Counted from the stretch's first letter, positions 28,284 to 39,995 are shown. The stretch: 64,000 nucleotides of DNA from Candidatus Krumholzibacteriia bacterium (GCA_046484865.1 JAWOID010000104.1:1-64000); one strand, 5' to 3'. Notes: generated by a model not told the origin, from the sequence alone. Numbers and translations are program-made.

Positions 28284-30359
28284 ATGACCTGCCGACATGC
28301 GTTCGCCGCCGGCCGTTGGCCGGCCGCCCTCCTGGTTCTCCTGCTCGCACGGCCCGCCGCCGCCGCCGGCTGGCTCCGGGAGGGGGATCCGCCGCCGGCC
28401 CCGATCGATCCGCCGGTCGGGTTCCTGGCGGATGCTCCCACGATCGACGGATTCCTCGATGCCGGACTCGAGGCGCGGCTGCCGGCCCGGGAGTTCCCGT
28501 TCGTGGTGCCCGCGGCGGAGGAGGCAGCGGGTGCCGGGGCGCCGGCCACGGCGCCCACCGCGGTGCCGGCCCGCTTCCGGATCGCGTACGGCACGCACTT
28601 CCTCTACCTGCAGGTGGAGGCGGACGCCGATTCGCTCACCTGCCGCGACCGCGGCTACCAGAACGGCGACGGCTTCCACCTGGTGATCGCCGCTCCGCGC
28701 GAGGACGGGGCGCCCAGCCGCGAGTTCTACGTGATCGCCTGCACCGCCGTGGACACGCCCGAGCGCGAGTGGCAGCGGCGCCTGATCTGGTACCGGAACG
28801 TGGACGACCTGCTGGTGCGGCTGGGCGACGGGGCGCGCCTGGAGTTCGCCGCGCGGGACGGCCGCATCCAGTTCGAGTTGCTGCTGCCCTGGTCGGAGAT
28901 CCCGCCGTTCCATCCGTGGCTCTCGCCGGAGATCGGCTTCAACCTCTGCTTCGTGAAGGCCGTGGGAACGACGGGCAGGGAGTACCACTACCTCCTGCCC
29001 GACGGCCGCATGCAATCGGAGGCGAGCCCGCGCTGGTCGGCCCCGCTGCGGTTCGCCGAGCCCGCTCTCGAGACGGGGTCGCAGACTTTCGTGCTGTTGC
29101 CGCGCGGCCACCTGGGGGCCGGCCGGCCCCTGCCGCTCGCGGCGGCCACGCTGGCCGCGGAGCCCGTCCTCGAGGAGTTGCGGTGGTCCGTCGGCAGTGC
29201 CGGCGACGACTCGACGAGCGCGGCCTCGGCCACGGGCAGCGAGACGTCCCGGCGCTATGAGATACCGGCCGGCGTCTCCATCAGGCGCTGGCAGCTGCCC
29301 ACCGCGGCACTGCAGCCGGGCGAGCACGTGCTGACGTGGTCGGCCGGCGCCGGCGGCGGCACGGCTCGCTTCACCGTGCTGCCGCCCGGGAACCCGGCCG
29401 CCCTGCGCGAGCGACTCGCGCTCGCGGTCGAGGAACGGGCTTCGGGGATCCTGGCGCCGGGCAGCCGCACCACCCTCGAGTTCCTGCTCGACGAGTGCGA
29501 GCGCGAGCAGTCCGACCTCTTCCCGTGGGAGACGGCCGGCGCGCTGGGGGAGCGCCTGGGCCGGGCCGCCGACCTGGTTGCGGGCGCGGAGGCGGGCGAG
29601 GACGTGCTCACCGCCGCGACCGGTCCCGTGCGGCGGGCGTTCCGCTCGGCCGACGGCACCCTGCAGCCCTATGCCGTGCTGGCGCCCGCGAGCCGGGCTG
29701 GTGGGGCGACGGAGGCCCGCGCGACGGGTGACGCGGCGGGCGGCGGGCACCGTCATCCCGTGGTGGTCTACCTCCACGGCAGCGGCTCCGACGAGACGAG
29801 CCTCTTCCAGGTCGCGGACCGCTTTCCGCCGGAACTTCTCGTGGTGGCGCCGTACGGGCGGGGGCCGTCGCACTGCTTCGCCACGGAGGAGGCGCGGCGG
29901 GACGTGGCCGAGGCGCTCGCCGACGCGGCGGCGTGCTACCCGTTGGACCTCGAACGCGTGGCCGTGGTGGGCTTCTCGATGGGCGGTTACGGCGCGCTGC
30001 ACGAGCTGTGGTCGCGGCCGGACGTCTACCGCGGCGCGGCGCTCTTCTCGGCCCATCCCGACCTGGCGAACCGCTGGCTGGGAGCGCCGCCCGGAGGCGG
30101 CCGGTACCCCGACTTCACCGACCCCGCCACCCTGGACCCGCTGGCCGGCCGGCAGATGTTCGTCTTCCACGGCGAGCGCGACCGCAACGCGCCGTTCGCG
30201 CTGATCCAGACCTGCGTCGAGGAGATGCGCGCCGCGGGGGCGGAGGTTGCCTTCCATCCCGACGCCGACCGCGGCCACGAGAGTCCGCCGCCGGGGGTCG
30301 TGGCTGCCTTCCGGGCCTGGCTCGCCGACGTTCTGGAGGTCGCGGATCGCCTGCGGTGA
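28284..30359 (+). CDS. Secreted alpha/beta-hydrolase (esterase/S9-like) with N-terminal CBM9-like domain
   Basis: Signal peptide; APTIDG...IAY...LYL CBM9-like start; YLHGSG, GFSMGG nucleophile elbow, FHGERD, GH. Confidence 0.7.
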   Translation: MTCRHAFAAGRWPAALLVLLLARPAAAAGWLREGDPPPAPIDPPVGFLADAPTIDGFLDAGLEARLPAREFPFVVPAAEEAAGAGAPATAPTAVPARFRIAYGTHFLYLQVEADADSLTCRDRGYQNGDGFHLVIAAPREDGAPSREFYVIACTAVDTPEREWQRRLIWYRNVDDLLVRLGDGARLEFAARDGRIQFELLLPWSEIPPFHPWLSPEIGFNLCFVKAVGTTGREYHYLLPDGRMQSEASPRWSAPLRFAEPALETGSQTFVLLPRGHLGAGRPLPLAAATLAAEPVLEELRWSVGSAGDDSTSAASATGSETSRRYEIPAGVSIRRWQLPTAALQPGEHVLTWSAGAGGGTARFTVLPPGNPAALRERLALAVEERASGILAPGSRTTLEFLLDECEREQSDLFPWETAGALGERLGRAADLVAGAEAGEDVLTAATGPVRRAFRSADGTLQPYAVLAPASRAGGATEARATGDAAGGGHRHPVVVYLHGSGSDETSLFQVADRFPPELLVVAPYGRGPSHCFATEEARRDVAEALADAAACYPLDLERVAVVGFSMGGYGALHELWSRPDVYRGAALFSAHPDLANRWLGAPPGGGRYPDFTDPATLDPLAGRQMFVFHGERDRNAPFALIQTCVEEMRAAGAEVAFHPDADRGHESPPPGVVAAFRAWLADVLEVADRLR

Positions 30360-30468
30360 GGGGACGGCCCGGACCGAGGCAGGTTCACCCGTGGACGTCT
30401 CCGCCATCCTTCCTTAGCCATGTGTCGCGAGCGCAGACATTCCGCCGGTACGAAGGAAGGAACACGGC

Positions 30469-31533
30469 ATGAGCCTGACCCCCGACCGCATCGTCGAGCT
30501 GCTGGGCGACCGCGCCGACGATCTGCTGGGCTTCTCGAACCCGAAGATCTCCCGCGATCAGCTGCATCTGCCCGGGCCCGACTTCGTGGACCGGGTCTGG
30601 CGCGACTCCGACCGCAGCCCCGTGGTGCTGCGCAACCTGCAGAGCCTGTGGGACCACGGGCGTCTGGCAGGCACCGGCTATCTCTCCATCCTGCCCGTGG
30701 ACCAGGGGATCGAGCACTCCGCGGGGGCGAGCTTCGCGCCCAATCCCGTCTACTTCGACCCGGCGAACATCGTGGAACTGGCCATGCAGGCGGGCTGCAA
30801 CGCCGTGGCCTCGACGGTGGGCGTGCTGGGCGCCGTGGCGCGCCGCTATGCCCACCGCATCCCGTTCCTCGTGAAGCTCAACCACAACGAACTGCTGAGC
30901 TACCCCAACAGCTACGACCAGATCCTCTTCGCCGGCGTCGAGCAGGCGTTCGACCTGGGGGCGGTGGCCGTGGGCGCCACCATCTACTTCGGCAGCGAGG
31001 AGTCGGAACGGCAGATCCAGGAGATCAGCGAAGCGTTCCATCACGCTCACGAGCTGGGCCTCGGCACCGTGCTCTGGTGCTACCTGCGCAACAGCGAGTT
31101 CAAGAAGGGCGGCATCGACTACCACGGCGCCGCGGACCTCACCGGCCAGGCCAATCACCTGGGCGTGACCATCCAGGCGGACATCATCAAGCAGAAACTG
31201 CCCAAGACGAACGAGCCGGGCTTCGAGGACATCGGTTTCGGCAAGACCCACGACAAGGTGTACACCGACCTCTCCAGCGACCACCCCATCGACATGTGCC
31301 GCTACCAGGTGGCCAACTGCTACCTGGGCCGCGCGGGGCTCATCAACTCCGGCGGGGCCAGCGGCAAGAGCGATCTCGCCGAGGCGGTCACCACCGCGGT
31401 CATCAACAAGCGTGCGGGGGGCATGGGGCTGATCATGGGTCGCAAGGCATTCCAGCGGCCGATGCGCGACGGCGTGGAGATCATCAACGCGGTGCAGGAC
31501 GTCTACCTGGACCGGGAGATCGCACCCGCGTAG
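30469..31533 (+). CDS. fbaB: Class I fructose-bisphosphate aldolase (DhnA type)
   Basis: [52 protein letters not shown]. Confidence 0.93.
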   Translation: MSLTPDRIVELLGDRADDLLGFSNPKISRDQLHLPGPDFVDRVWRDSDRSPVVLRNLQSLWDHGRLAGTGYLSILPVDQGIEHSAGASFAPNPVYFDPANIVELAMQAGCNAVASTVGVLGAVARRYAHRIPFLVKLNHNELLSYPNSYDQILFAGVEQAFDLGAVAVGATIYFGSEESERQIQEISEAFHHAHELGLGTVLWCYLRNSEFKKGGIDYHGAADLTGQANHLGVTIQADIIKQKLPKTNEPGFEDIGFGKTHDKVYTDLSSDHPIDMCRYQVANCYLGRAGLINSGGASGKSDLAEAVTTAVINKRAGGMGLIMGRKAFQRPMRDGVEIINAVQDVYLDREIAPA

Positions 31534-31709
31534 TGCGCGACCGTCGCCGGTGTGCCGGCCGCCGGCACGGCGCCGACATTGCCCCGGCTCCCGCCGTGGT
31601 ATAGGTTACTGCCCACGTCGACCCGGTCCCCGGCGGGCCCCGGAGGGCCCCGGAGGGCTCCGAGCGACACCGCCACCCGGGACATCCATCGCCAGCGGAG
31701 GAGCGAGCC

Positions 31710-32741
31710 ATGCCACTGGTACCCATGCGCGTTCTCCTGGACCACGCCGCCGAACACGATTACGGCGTGGGCGCCTTCAACGTGAACAACATGGAGCAGA
31801 TCCAGGCCATCATGACGGCCGCCCGGGAGACCAACAGCCCGGTGATCGTGCAGGCCAGCCGCGGCGCCCGCAGCTACTCCGACGACGCCTACCTGCGCCA
31901 CCTCATGCTCGCCGCCGCGGAACTGAACCCGCGGATCCCCATCGCCATGCACCAGGACCACGGCAACAGCCCGGCCACCTGCTACAGCGCCATCCGCCAG
32001 GGGTTCACGTCGGTGATGATGGACGGCAGCCTCGAGGCCGACGGCAAGACGCCCGCCAGCTACGAGTACAACGTGGCGGTCACCCGCGAGGTGGTGAAGG
32101 TGGCCCACAGCATCGGCGTGACGGTGGAGGCGGAGCTCGGCGCCCTGGGCGGCATCGAGGACGGGCACGGCGCCGGCCTCACCGGCGAGGAGGCCCTCGC
32201 CCATCTCACCGACCCCGACCAGGCCCGCGAGTTCGTGGACGCGACCCAGTGCGACGCTCTCGCGGTGGCGATCGGCACCAGCCACGGCGCCTACAAGTTC
32301 AAGAAGAAGCCCACGGGCGAGGTGCTGAAGATGAACATCATCGAGGAGATCCATCGCCGGCTGCCCAATACCCACCTGGTGATGCACGGCTCCAGTTCGG
32401 TGCCCCAGGACCTGCTCGACATCATCAACGCCCACGGGGGCAACATGCCCCAGACCTACGGCGTGCCCCTGGAGGAGATCCAGCGCGGCATCAAGCACGG
32501 GGTGCGCAAGATCAACGTGGACACCGACAACCGCCTGGCCATCACCGGCGCCATCCGCAAGGTCTTCATGGACGACCCGGCCCGGTTCGACCCGCGCGAT
32601 TACCTCAAGCCGGCCCGCGCAGCCATGGTGAAGGTGGTCAGGGAGCGCATGGAGGCCTTCGGCCAGGCCGGCTGGGCCGACAAGATCAAGACGCAGACGC
32701 TGGACGAGATGGCTGTCTGGTACGCCAAGGAGGGCCGCTGA
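31710..32741 (+). CDS. fba: Class II fructose-bisphosphate aldolase
   Basis: [53 protein letters not shown]. Confidence 0.93.
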   Translation: MPLVPMRVLLDHAAEHDYGVGAFNVNNMEQIQAIMTAARETNSPVIVQASRGARSYSDDAYLRHLMLAAAELNPRIPIAMHQDHGNSPATCYSAIRQGFTSVMMDGSLEADGKTPASYEYNVAVTREVVKVAHSIGVTVEAELGALGGIEDGHGAGLTGEEALAHLTDPDQAREFVDATQCDALAVAIGTSHGAYKFKKKPTGEVLKMNIIEEIHRRLPNTHLVMHGSSSVPQDLLDIINAHGGNMPQTYGVPLEEIQRGIKHGVRKINVDTDNRLAITGAIRKVFMDDPARFDPRDYLKPARAAMVKVVRERMEAFGQAGWADKIKTQTLDEMAVWYAKEGR

Positions 32742-33940
32742 TGATCGGCGCCATGCGCGAGGTGCTGGGCCAGGAGCTCGGGAACATCCGCGAAGAAGGT
32801 CTGTTCAAGGACGAACGCGTGCTGCAGGGCCCCCAGGGCGCCGAGGTCCGGGTGGGCGGCCGCACCGTCCTCAACTTCTGCGCCAACAACTATCTCGGCC
32901 TGGCCAGCGATCCGCGGGTGGTGGAAGCCGCCCGGCGCACGCTCGATCGCTGGGGATATGGCCTCTCGTCGGTGCGCTTCATCTGCGGCACCACCGAGCT
33001 GCACCAGCAGCTGGAGCAGGAGCTGGCGGAATTCCTGGGGATGGAGGACGCCATCCTCTACGCCGCCTGCTTCGACGCCAACGGCGGGGTGTTCGAGCCG
33101 CTGCTGGACAAGGACTCGGCCATCATCACGGATCGGCTGAACCACGCGTCCATCATCGACGGTATCCGGCTGGCCAAGGCCGACCGGTTCATCTACCAGC
33201 ACTCGGACATGACCGAGCTGGAGGAGCGCCTGAAGCAGGCGCAGGACGCCCGCTTCCGGCTGGTGGCCACCGACGGCGTCTTCTCCATGGACGGAGACTT
33301 CGCCCGGCTGCCCGACATCTGCGACCTGGCCGAGAAGTACGACGCCATGGTGCTGGTGGACGACAGCCACGCCACCGGCTTCGTGGGCGCGAACGGCCGG
33401 GGCACGCCCGAGAAGTTCGGCGTGATGGGCCGGGTGGACATCATCACCACCACCCTGGGCAAGGCGCTGGGCGGTGCCCTGGGCGGCTGCACGGCCGGAC
33501 CCCGGGAGCTGGTGACCTGGCTGCGGCAGAAGAGCCGGCCGTACCTGTTCAGCAACTCGCTGCCGCCGGTGGTGTGCGGGGCGGCGCTCGAGGTGCTGCG
33601 GATCCTGCGCGACGATCCCGAACCGATCCGGACCGTCGACCGCAACCAGCAGCGGCTGCGCCGGGGCCTGCGGGAGCTGGGATTCGACGTGGACGCGGGC
33701 GAGCATCCGATCATCCCGGTGCACTTCCGCAAGCATGCCAACGATGCGGTCATGGCGCAGACGATGGCGGCCGAACTGCTGGACGAGGGGATCTACTGCA
33801 TCGGCTTCAGCTTCCCCGTGGTACCGCGGGGGCAGGCGCGGATCCGGCTGCAGTGCTCCGCGGCCCACGACGACACGCACGTGGACCGCTGCCTCGACGC
33901 GTTCGCCAGGGTGGGCCGGCGGCAGGGCGCGATCGACTGA
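32741..33940 (+). CDS. kbl: Glycine C-acetyltransferase (2-amino-3-ketobutyrate CoA ligase)
   Basis: [55 protein letters not shown]. Confidence 0.92.
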   Translation: MIGAMREVLGQELGNIREEGLFKDERVLQGPQGAEVRVGGRTVLNFCANNYLGLASDPRVVEAARRTLDRWGYGLSSVRFICGTTELHQQLEQELAEFLGMEDAILYAACFDANGGVFEPLLDKDSAIITDRLNHASIIDGIRLAKADRFIYQHSDMTELEERLKQAQDARFRLVATDGVFSMDGDFARLPDICDLAEKYDAMVLVDDSHATGFVGANGRGTPEKFGVMGRVDIITTTLGKALGGALGGCTAGPRELVTWLRQKSRPYLFSNSLPPVVCGAALEVLRILRDDPEPIRTVDRNQQRLRRGLRELGFDVDAGEHPIIPVHFRKHANDAVMAQTMAAELLDEGIYCIGFSFPVVPRGQARIRLQCSAAHDDTHVDRCLDAFARVGRRQGAID

Positions 33941-33945
33941 CCGGG

Positions 33946-33987
33946 GCCGACCGATCGAGGCCGACCGATCGGTGCCGACCGACCGGA
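33946..33987. repeat. Short tandem repeat, 3 x 14 bp
   Basis: GCCGACCGATCGAG / GCCGACCGATCGGT / GCCGACCGACCGGA just after the kbl stop. Confidence 0.5.
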
Positions 33988-34202
33988 TGCGGGCGGCCAC
34001 CGGCGGCGGCCGTCAGGGCACGTGAAAATCGGCTCTCAGCGGTTGCGCCAGGACAAGCGTGCTCCTATATTCCCGCGCTCGCGCCCGGCCCCTCGCAGGC
34101 CGGGCGCGGATTTCGTGAGACCGGGTCGCGAGGGTTCGCGGCCACGGGCCGGGCAGGTCAGGCACCGTTCCCCGGGGAGCGGAACCACGAGCAGGACAGA
34201 TC

Positions 34203-36290
34203 ATGATCCAGGATCTCAGCAGGATCCGCAACATCGGCATCAGCGCCCACATCGATTCGGGTAAGACGACGCTGACCGAACGGATCCTCTTCTACACCAA
34301 GCGCATCCGGGCCATCCACGAGGTGAAGGGCAAGGACGGCGTGGGGGCCACCATGGACTCGATGGATCTCGAGCGCGAGCGCGGGATCACCATCCAGTCC
34401 GCCACCACCTACTGCATGTGGGACAATCACCACGTGAACATCATCGACACGCCCGGTCACGTCGACTTCACCATCGAGGTGGAGCGCGCGCTCAAGGTGC
34501 TCGACGGCGCCGTCCTCGTGCTATGCTCCGTGGCGGGAGTGCAGAGCCAGTCCATCACGGTGGACCGGCAGATGCGCCGCTACGGCGTGCCGCGCCTGGC
34601 CTTCATCAACAAGTGCGACCGCAGCGGCGCCAACCCGTTCCGGGTCTCCGAGCAGTTGCGGGAGAAGCTGAAGCACAACTCCGTGCTGATGCAGATCCCC
34701 ATCGGGCTCGAGGACAGGCACGAGGGCGTCATCGACCTGGTCACCATGGAGTCGGTGCTCTTCACCGGGCCCGCCGGCGAGACCGTGGAACGGGGCGAGA
34801 TCCCGCCCGGGCTGCGCGTGGAGGCCGAGGCGCGGCGCGAGGTCATGCTCGACGCGGTCAGCATGTTCAGCGACGAGCTGACCGAGGCCGTGTACAACGA
34901 TGCCGTCACCCCGGAGCTGATCCACGCGGCGGTGCGCAAGGGCGTGCTCGCCAAGCAGCTCACCCCGGTGTTCATGGGCAGCGCCTACAAGAACCGGGGG
35001 GTGCAGACGCTCCTGGACGCGGTGGTGCGCTACCTGCCCCATCCGCAGGACATCCGCAACGAGGCGGTGGACCTGACCGGTGACGAGGAGCGCCGCTTCA
35101 CGCTGACCAACGATCCGGCCGACCAGCTCATCGCCAACGCGTTCAAGCTCGAGGACAGCCCTTACGGTCAGCTCACCTACGTGCGCATGTACCAGGGGAC
35201 CATCCAGAAGGGCAGCGAGATCCTCAACACCCGCACCGGCAAGAAGGTGAAGGTGGGGCGGCTGGGCCGCATGCACGCCGCCACCATGGAGGACATCGAG
35301 AAGGCCGGCGCCGGCGACATCATCGCGCTCTTCGGGGTCGACTGCGCCAGCGGCGACACCTTCACCGAAGGGCGCAAGGTCGTGCTCTCGAGCATGCACG
35401 TGCCCGAGCCGGTGGTCTCGCTGGCGGTGAAGCCGGTGGACATCAAGTCGCAGGACAGGATCTCCAAGGCGTTGCACCGGTTCACCCGCGAGGACCCCAC
35501 GTTCCAGACGGCGGTCGACCCGGAGACGGGCGACACCCTCATCCGGGGCATGGGCGAGCTGCATCTCGAGGTGTACGTGGAACGCATGCGCCGGGAATTC
35601 GGCGCCACCGTGCAGACGGGCGCGCCCAAGGTGGCGTACCGGGAGAGCATCACGCGCAGCGTGCCGTTCAACTACACGCACCGCAAGCAGACCGGCGGCT
35701 CCGGGCAGTACGCGAAGATCATCGGAGTGCTCGAGCCCACGGACGACGGACAGTACCGCTTCGAGAACGTCGTCACCGGCGGCAACATCCCCAGCGAGTA
35801 CATCGGCGCCTGCGAGAAGGGCTTCCGCGAGATGATGACGCAGGGCCAGTACATCGGGCACCCGGTGCAGGGACTCAAGGTGGTGCTGCAGGACGGCGAC
35901 TCGCACCCCGTGGATTCGTCCGACATGGCCTTCATGGTGGCCTGCCACGGCGCGTTCCGCGAGGCCTACAACAGGGGGGCGCCGGTGGCGCTGGAGCCGT
36001 TGATGCTGGTGTCGGTGGAGGGTCCCACCGAGCACCAGGGTGACGTCCTGAAGACCATCCTGCAGCGCCGCGGTATCATCGTGGGTACCACCGAGGACGA
36101 GGGATTCGTCCGCATCGACGCCACCGTGCCGCTCGCCGAGATGTTCGGCTACGCCACCGTGTTGCGCTCGGCGACCCAGGGCAAGGCGGAGTTCAGCATG
36201 GAGTTCTCCCGGTACGCGCCGGCGCCGGCCGAGGTGGCGCAGAATCTGCGCAAGGAGTACGAGGAGAAACGCGCCGCGGGCACGAAGTAG
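34203..36290 (+). CDS. fusA: Elongation factor G (stand-alone copy)
   Basis: [60 protein letters not shown]. Confidence 0.93.
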   Translation: MIQDLSRIRNIGISAHIDSGKTTLTERILFYTKRIRAIHEVKGKDGVGATMDSMDLERERGITIQSATTYCMWDNHHVNIIDTPGHVDFTIEVERALKVLDGAVLVLCSVAGVQSQSITVDRQMRRYGVPRLAFINKCDRSGANPFRVSEQLREKLKHNSVLMQIPIGLEDRHEGVIDLVTMESVLFTGPAGETVERGEIPPGLRVEAEARREVMLDAVSMFSDELTEAVYNDAVTPELIHAAVRKGVLAKQLTPVFMGSAYKNRGVQTLLDAVVRYLPHPQDIRNEAVDLTGDEERRFTLTNDPADQLIANAFKLEDSPYGQLTYVRMYQGTIQKGSEILNTRTGKKVKVGRLGRMHAATMEDIEKAGAGDIIALFGVDCASGDTFTEGRKVVLSSMHVPEPVVSLAVKPVDIKSQDRISKALHRFTREDPTFQTAVDPETGDTLIRGMGELHLEVYVERMRREFGATVQTGAPKVAYRESITRSVPFNYTHRKQTGGSGQYAKIIGVLEPTDDGQYRFENVVTGGNIPSEYIGACEKGFREMMTQGQYIGHPVQGLKVVLQDGDSHPVDSSDMAFMVACHGAFREAYNRGAPVALEPLMLVSVEGPTEHQGDVLKTILQRRGIIVGTTEDEGFVRIDATVPLAEMFGYATVLRSATQGKAEFSMEFSRYAPAPAEVAQNLRKEYEEKRAAGTK

Positions 36291-36362
36291 GCCGGCGGGC
36301 ATGGATCCGGAGACGTCCGGCCGGCCGCGCGCACCGCGGTCTCGCCGGCAGGAAGGGAAGAG

Positions 36363-37070
36363 ATGACCCCCAAGGATGTCCTCGAGCGCAGCCCCGTGCG
36401 ACTCTTCGAGCGCGCCATCGGCGGCGGACTCGGACCCGGCAACGTCGGAGTCGTCCTCTCGCGCCACGGCGTGGGCAAGACGAGCTTCCTGGTGGGGCTG
36501 GCTATCGATCACATGCTGCACGGCCGCAACGTGCTGCACATCTCCACCAAGGAATCGGTGGAGCACCTGCGCGGCTTCTACGACGAGCTGTTCCACGCGC
36601 TGGCGGCACAGCTTCGCCTGGACGACATTCCCAACCGTCAGCTCGAGGCCGAGCGGCACCGTCACATCCTCGCCTACAACCGCGACTACTTCACCCTCGA
36701 GAAGCTGGAGGAGTCGGTGGCGTTCCTGCGCGAGGCGGCGGGGTTCGATCCGCACCTGGTGATCATGGACGGCACCCCGCGGTTCGAGCACACCGAGGAG
36801 TGGGAGATGGAGGGCGTGAGACGGCTGGCGCGCGCCTGGCAAGCCGAGGTCTGGGCCAGCGGGCACACCCACCGGGAAGGGCAGGAGACCGACGCCCGCG
36901 GCATCCCCGAGGCGGTGGCGCGGTTCGATCCGTTGCTGGACGTGGTGGTGGCCCTCGAGCCCGACTCCGACCGCATCCGGCTCCGGATCCTCAAGGACCA
37001 CGACCGCGAGGTGGTGGCCAACGTCCACCTGGAACTGGACGCCAACACGCGTCTGTTGCGCTGGAGCTAG
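36363..37070 (+). CDS. RecA/KaiC-like P-loop domain protein of unknown function
   Basis: GGGLGPGNVGVVLSRHGVGKT (Walker A-like) and LVIMDG (Walker B-like). Confidence 0.6.
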   Translation: MTPKDVLERSPVRLFERAIGGGLGPGNVGVVLSRHGVGKTSFLVGLAIDHMLHGRNVLHISTKESVEHLRGFYDELFHALAAQLRLDDIPNRQLEAERHRHILAYNRDYFTLEKLEESVAFLREAAGFDPHLVIMDGTPRFEHTEEWEMEGVRRLARAWQAEVWASGHTHREGQETDARGIPEAVARFDPLLDVVVALEPDSDRIRLRILKDHDREVVANVHLELDANTRLLRWS

Positions 37071-37325
37071 CCCGGCCGCCCGATCGCAGCCGACCGGCCA
37101 CCCGATCGTCCAGTTGTTCGTCGCGATCCGAATCCAGCGCCCCGCCGGCAGGCGGGGCGCTTTCGCGCGGCGCGGTGTGGCCGCGACCGCGGTCCCGCGC
37201 CGGGAGAGGCGTGCCCGAGGTCGTGTTTGACGCCGGCCCCGCCGCCGGTCTAACCTCGCCGGGATCCTTCGCGCCCCGCGGACACGTTCTCGCCGGCACC
37301 ACGGAGCCGTTTCGAGGAGCCGCTC

Positions 37326-38054
37326 ATGATCTCGCCTGCCGACGTCGCCGCCAACCTGGCCCGCGTCCGCGAGCGCATGGCCGCGGCCTGCGCGCGCAGC
37401 GGGCGGCCCGAGGACCAGGTGCGCCTGGTGGCTGTTTGCAAGCGGATACCGCTGGAACTGGTGGTCGCCGCCTGCGCACAGGATCAGTGGGAACTGGGGG
37501 AGAGCCGCATCCAGGAGGCGGTGCCGCGGCAGCGGGAACTGGCCGCGCGGCTGGTCGACGCGGGACTCGATCCGGGCCGCGTGCAGTGGCACTTCGTCGG
37601 GCATCTGCAGCGGAACAAGGCGTCCAGGGCGGTGGGGGCCTTCCGTCTGCTGCACGGCGTCGATTCCCTGCGCCTCGCCGAAAAGCTCTCCGAGCGAGCC
37701 ACCGCCGCGAACGTGGTGCAGCCCGTCCTGATGCAGGTGGACGTGGCCCGCGAACCGCAGAAGCACGGGGTTTCTCCCGCCGACTTCCCCGCCGTCCTCG
37801 ACGAGATGGCGGCGCTGCCGCAGCTGGAACTGCGGGGACTCATGTGCATGGCCGCGCTCGACGCACCCCCCGACGACGTGAGGGCCACGTTCGCCACCCT
37901 GCGGCAACTGGCCGAGGATGCGCGGCGCGCGACCGGCCTGCCCCTGCCCGAGCTGAGCATGGGGATGACCGACGATTTCGAGCTGGCCATAGCCGAAGGC
38001 TCGACCATGATCCGCGTGGGTACCGCCGTCTTCGGGCCACGGCTGCCGGCCTGA
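37326..38054 (+). CDS. yggS: PLP homeostasis protein (YggS/PLPBP)
   Basis: LVAVCK, WHFVGHLQRNK, GLMCM, LSMGMTDDF, MIRVGTAVFG. Confidence 0.92.
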   Translation: MISPADVAANLARVRERMAAACARSGRPEDQVRLVAVCKRIPLELVVAACAQDQWELGESRIQEAVPRQRELAARLVDAGLDPGRVQWHFVGHLQRNKASRAVGAFRLLHGVDSLRLAEKLSERATAANVVQPVLMQVDVAREPQKHGVSPADFPAVLDEMAALPQLELRGLMCMAALDAPPDDVRATFATLRQLAEDARRATGLPLPELSMGMTDDFELAIAEGSTMIRVGTAVFGPRLPA

Positions 38055-38297
38055 CCGGCAAGGAATGACCGGCGGCGGCACGATCTGTCCGTCCCCCGAC
38101 CAGGTGCGCCCACTTTCCGGCCGCCCGAGGGGCGCGGCCGCAAGACCGTCGCACCGGCGCGGACGGATCCGTCACCGGCGGGACTGCGGTCCGCCCTTCC
38201 CGCGCCTCGGCGGACGGGTGGCTGCCGGTTGCTCCGCCCCGACCATGCTCACCAGCGCGCGGGCGCGATCCCGCGCCGTGCTCCCCCGGAGGGCTCC

Positions 38298-38534
38298 ATG
38301 GACGTTCGAGGCTTGTTGCTGGCGCTCCTGCAGGTCTACTCGTGGCTGATCCTGGCCCGCGTGATCATCAGCTGGGTGAACCCGCGCCCCACCAACCCCC
38401 TGCTCTGGCAGATCGTGCGCGTCACCGAGCCGGTCCTTGCGCCCCTGCGCGGGTTGATCCCGTTCGGCCCCGTCGATTTCTCGCCGATCCTGGCATTTCT
38501 CTTGATACGCCTGGTCATGACACTGATCGCCTGA
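38298..38534 (+). CDS. yggT: YggT family membrane protein
   Basis: RVIISWV, VTEPVLAPLR, DFSPI; follows yggS. Confidence 0.88.
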   Translation: MDVRGLLLALLQVYSWLILARVIISWVNPRPTNPLLWQIVRVTEPVLAPLRGLIPFGPVDFSPILAFLLIRLVMTLIA

Positions 38535-38582
38535 GGCGGCGGGACCACCGCACGCTCTCTTGGCTCTTCCGGGAGGATAGCG

Positions 38583-39833
38583 ATGAGGATCACCCCCCTC
38601 GACGTGCGCAAGCAGGAGTTCCGGCGCTCCGTCCGCGGTTTCGAGTGCGACGAGGTGCGAGCCTTCCTGGCCACCGTCGCCGACGAGTACGAGGCGGTGC
38701 TCGTGGACAACAAGCAGCTGCGCGAGCGGATCCTCGAGCAGGACCACAAGATCGCCGAGTACCACGACATGGAGCGCGCGCTGCGCGACACGCTGATGAC
38801 CGCCGAGCGGATGCTCCAGGAGGCGAAGGACAACGCGCGCCGCAAGGGCGACCTCATCGTCCAGGAGGCGGCGCTCCGGGCGCAGCAGGTGCTCGATCGC
38901 GGCCGGCAGCGCGCCGAGGAACTTCGCCGGGAGCTGATCGGACTCCACAAGGAGAAGGAATCCTACCTGGCCCGCTTCCGGTCGCTCGCCGAGTCGCAGG
39001 TGCAGTTCATCGAGAACCACAGCCGCGACTTCGAGGAGATCGATACGCGCGTGCTGGACGAGGCGGACGCCCACGTCCGCCAGGCCGGCCGACCCACCCC
39101 CGACGATGCCGGCCTGCCGACTTTTCTGCGCGAGCAGCAGCCGAGCGACTGGCGTGACGAGCGCCGGGCCGGGGAGCGCCCGGAGGCTCGCGGCGGGAGC
39201 GGGATGCCGGCGGTGGATGCCGCCCTGGATCCGGAGTCCCGGACGGCCGGCGATCTGCTGGCCGCCGCCGCCGACCTCGTGTCGGACGACGAGCGCACGC
39301 ACCCCGCGACCATGCCGCAGGACCCGATCCCGGCACCGGCTCTCGACCCGCCGCCACCGGTCCGGCCCACGGGGATGGAGGCGACCCTGCCAGCTCCCGA
39401 CGCGGGTGTGGACATGCCGCGGCCGGGTCCGGGGGCGATGAATGCCATCCCGTCTCCGCTGAAGACGAGCGCCGTCCCGTTTTCCGAAGCCGCGGACCCG
39501 GCGATGGACCACCTCACAGCTCCGGCTCCGGCCCGGCAAGCGGTCGATACCGTTCCGCCCCCGATAAGTGCGGCCTTTGGAGCGGTCCCGCCTCCAGCCC
39601 CGGCTCCGGCCCGGGTGGCGCCCCAGGAAGTGGACGTCTGGCGCGACTACGCGCCCGACAACCTGTACGCCACGCCGCGTCCCCAGGCGGCCGAGCGGCC
39701 GGTATTCGCGTCCGCGCCCGCTGGCCCGGCTCCGGTCGAGAAGCCGGCCAGCGACGGTCTCGAGCCGGTCGATTCCATCCTGCGCGAGTCGACGGCGGCG
39801 TTCGGGGCGGGTGACGAGAAAGACCGCTCCTAG
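38583..39833 (+). CDS. divIVA: DivIVA domain protein with long Pro/Ala-rich C-terminal tail
   Basis: MRITPLDVRKQEFRRSVRGFECDEVRAFL, then coiled coil, then about 250 aa of low complexity. Confidence 0.85.
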   Translation: MRITPLDVRKQEFRRSVRGFECDEVRAFLATVADEYEAVLVDNKQLRERILEQDHKIAEYHDMERALRDTLMTAERMLQEAKDNARRKGDLIVQEAALRAQQVLDRGRQRAEELRRELIGLHKEKESYLARFRSLAESQVQFIENHSRDFEEIDTRVLDEADAHVRQAGRPTPDDAGLPTFLREQQPSDWRDERRAGERPEARGGSGMPAVDAALDPESRTAGDLLAAAADLVSDDERTHPATMPQDPIPAPALDPPPPVRPTGMEATLPAPDAGVDMPRPGPGAMNAIPSPLKTSAVPFSEAADPAMDHLTAPAPARQAVDTVPPPISAAFGAVPPPAPAPARVAPQEVDVWRDYAPDNLYATPRPQAAERPVFASAPAGPAPVEKPASDGLEPVDSILRESTAAFGAGDEKDRS

Positions 39834-39836
39834 GCC

Positions 39837-39995
39837 CCTCCGTTGTGCCTGGGAAAATGTGTCTGGAACCAGGAAGGCCCTGAACGGCCCAGATAATTTG
39901 ATCCAACATTATTTCGACGGCAACCCTCGTGCTGCCGGTCGGCGCCTTGAACCCCTGTTGAACCCCTGGACACATTCTCCCTGGCACAACGGGGG
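39837..39995 (+). ncRNA. Candidate structured RNA / long inverted repeat (identity unknown)
   Basis: 39837-39866 pairs with 39966-39995 over about 30 bp (2 mismatches, 3 G-U on the + strand); AT-richer interior. Confidence 0.35.

Noticed and set aside
33946..33987. CRISPR-like repeats
   Set aside because: 14-bp units with no spacers and no cas genes.
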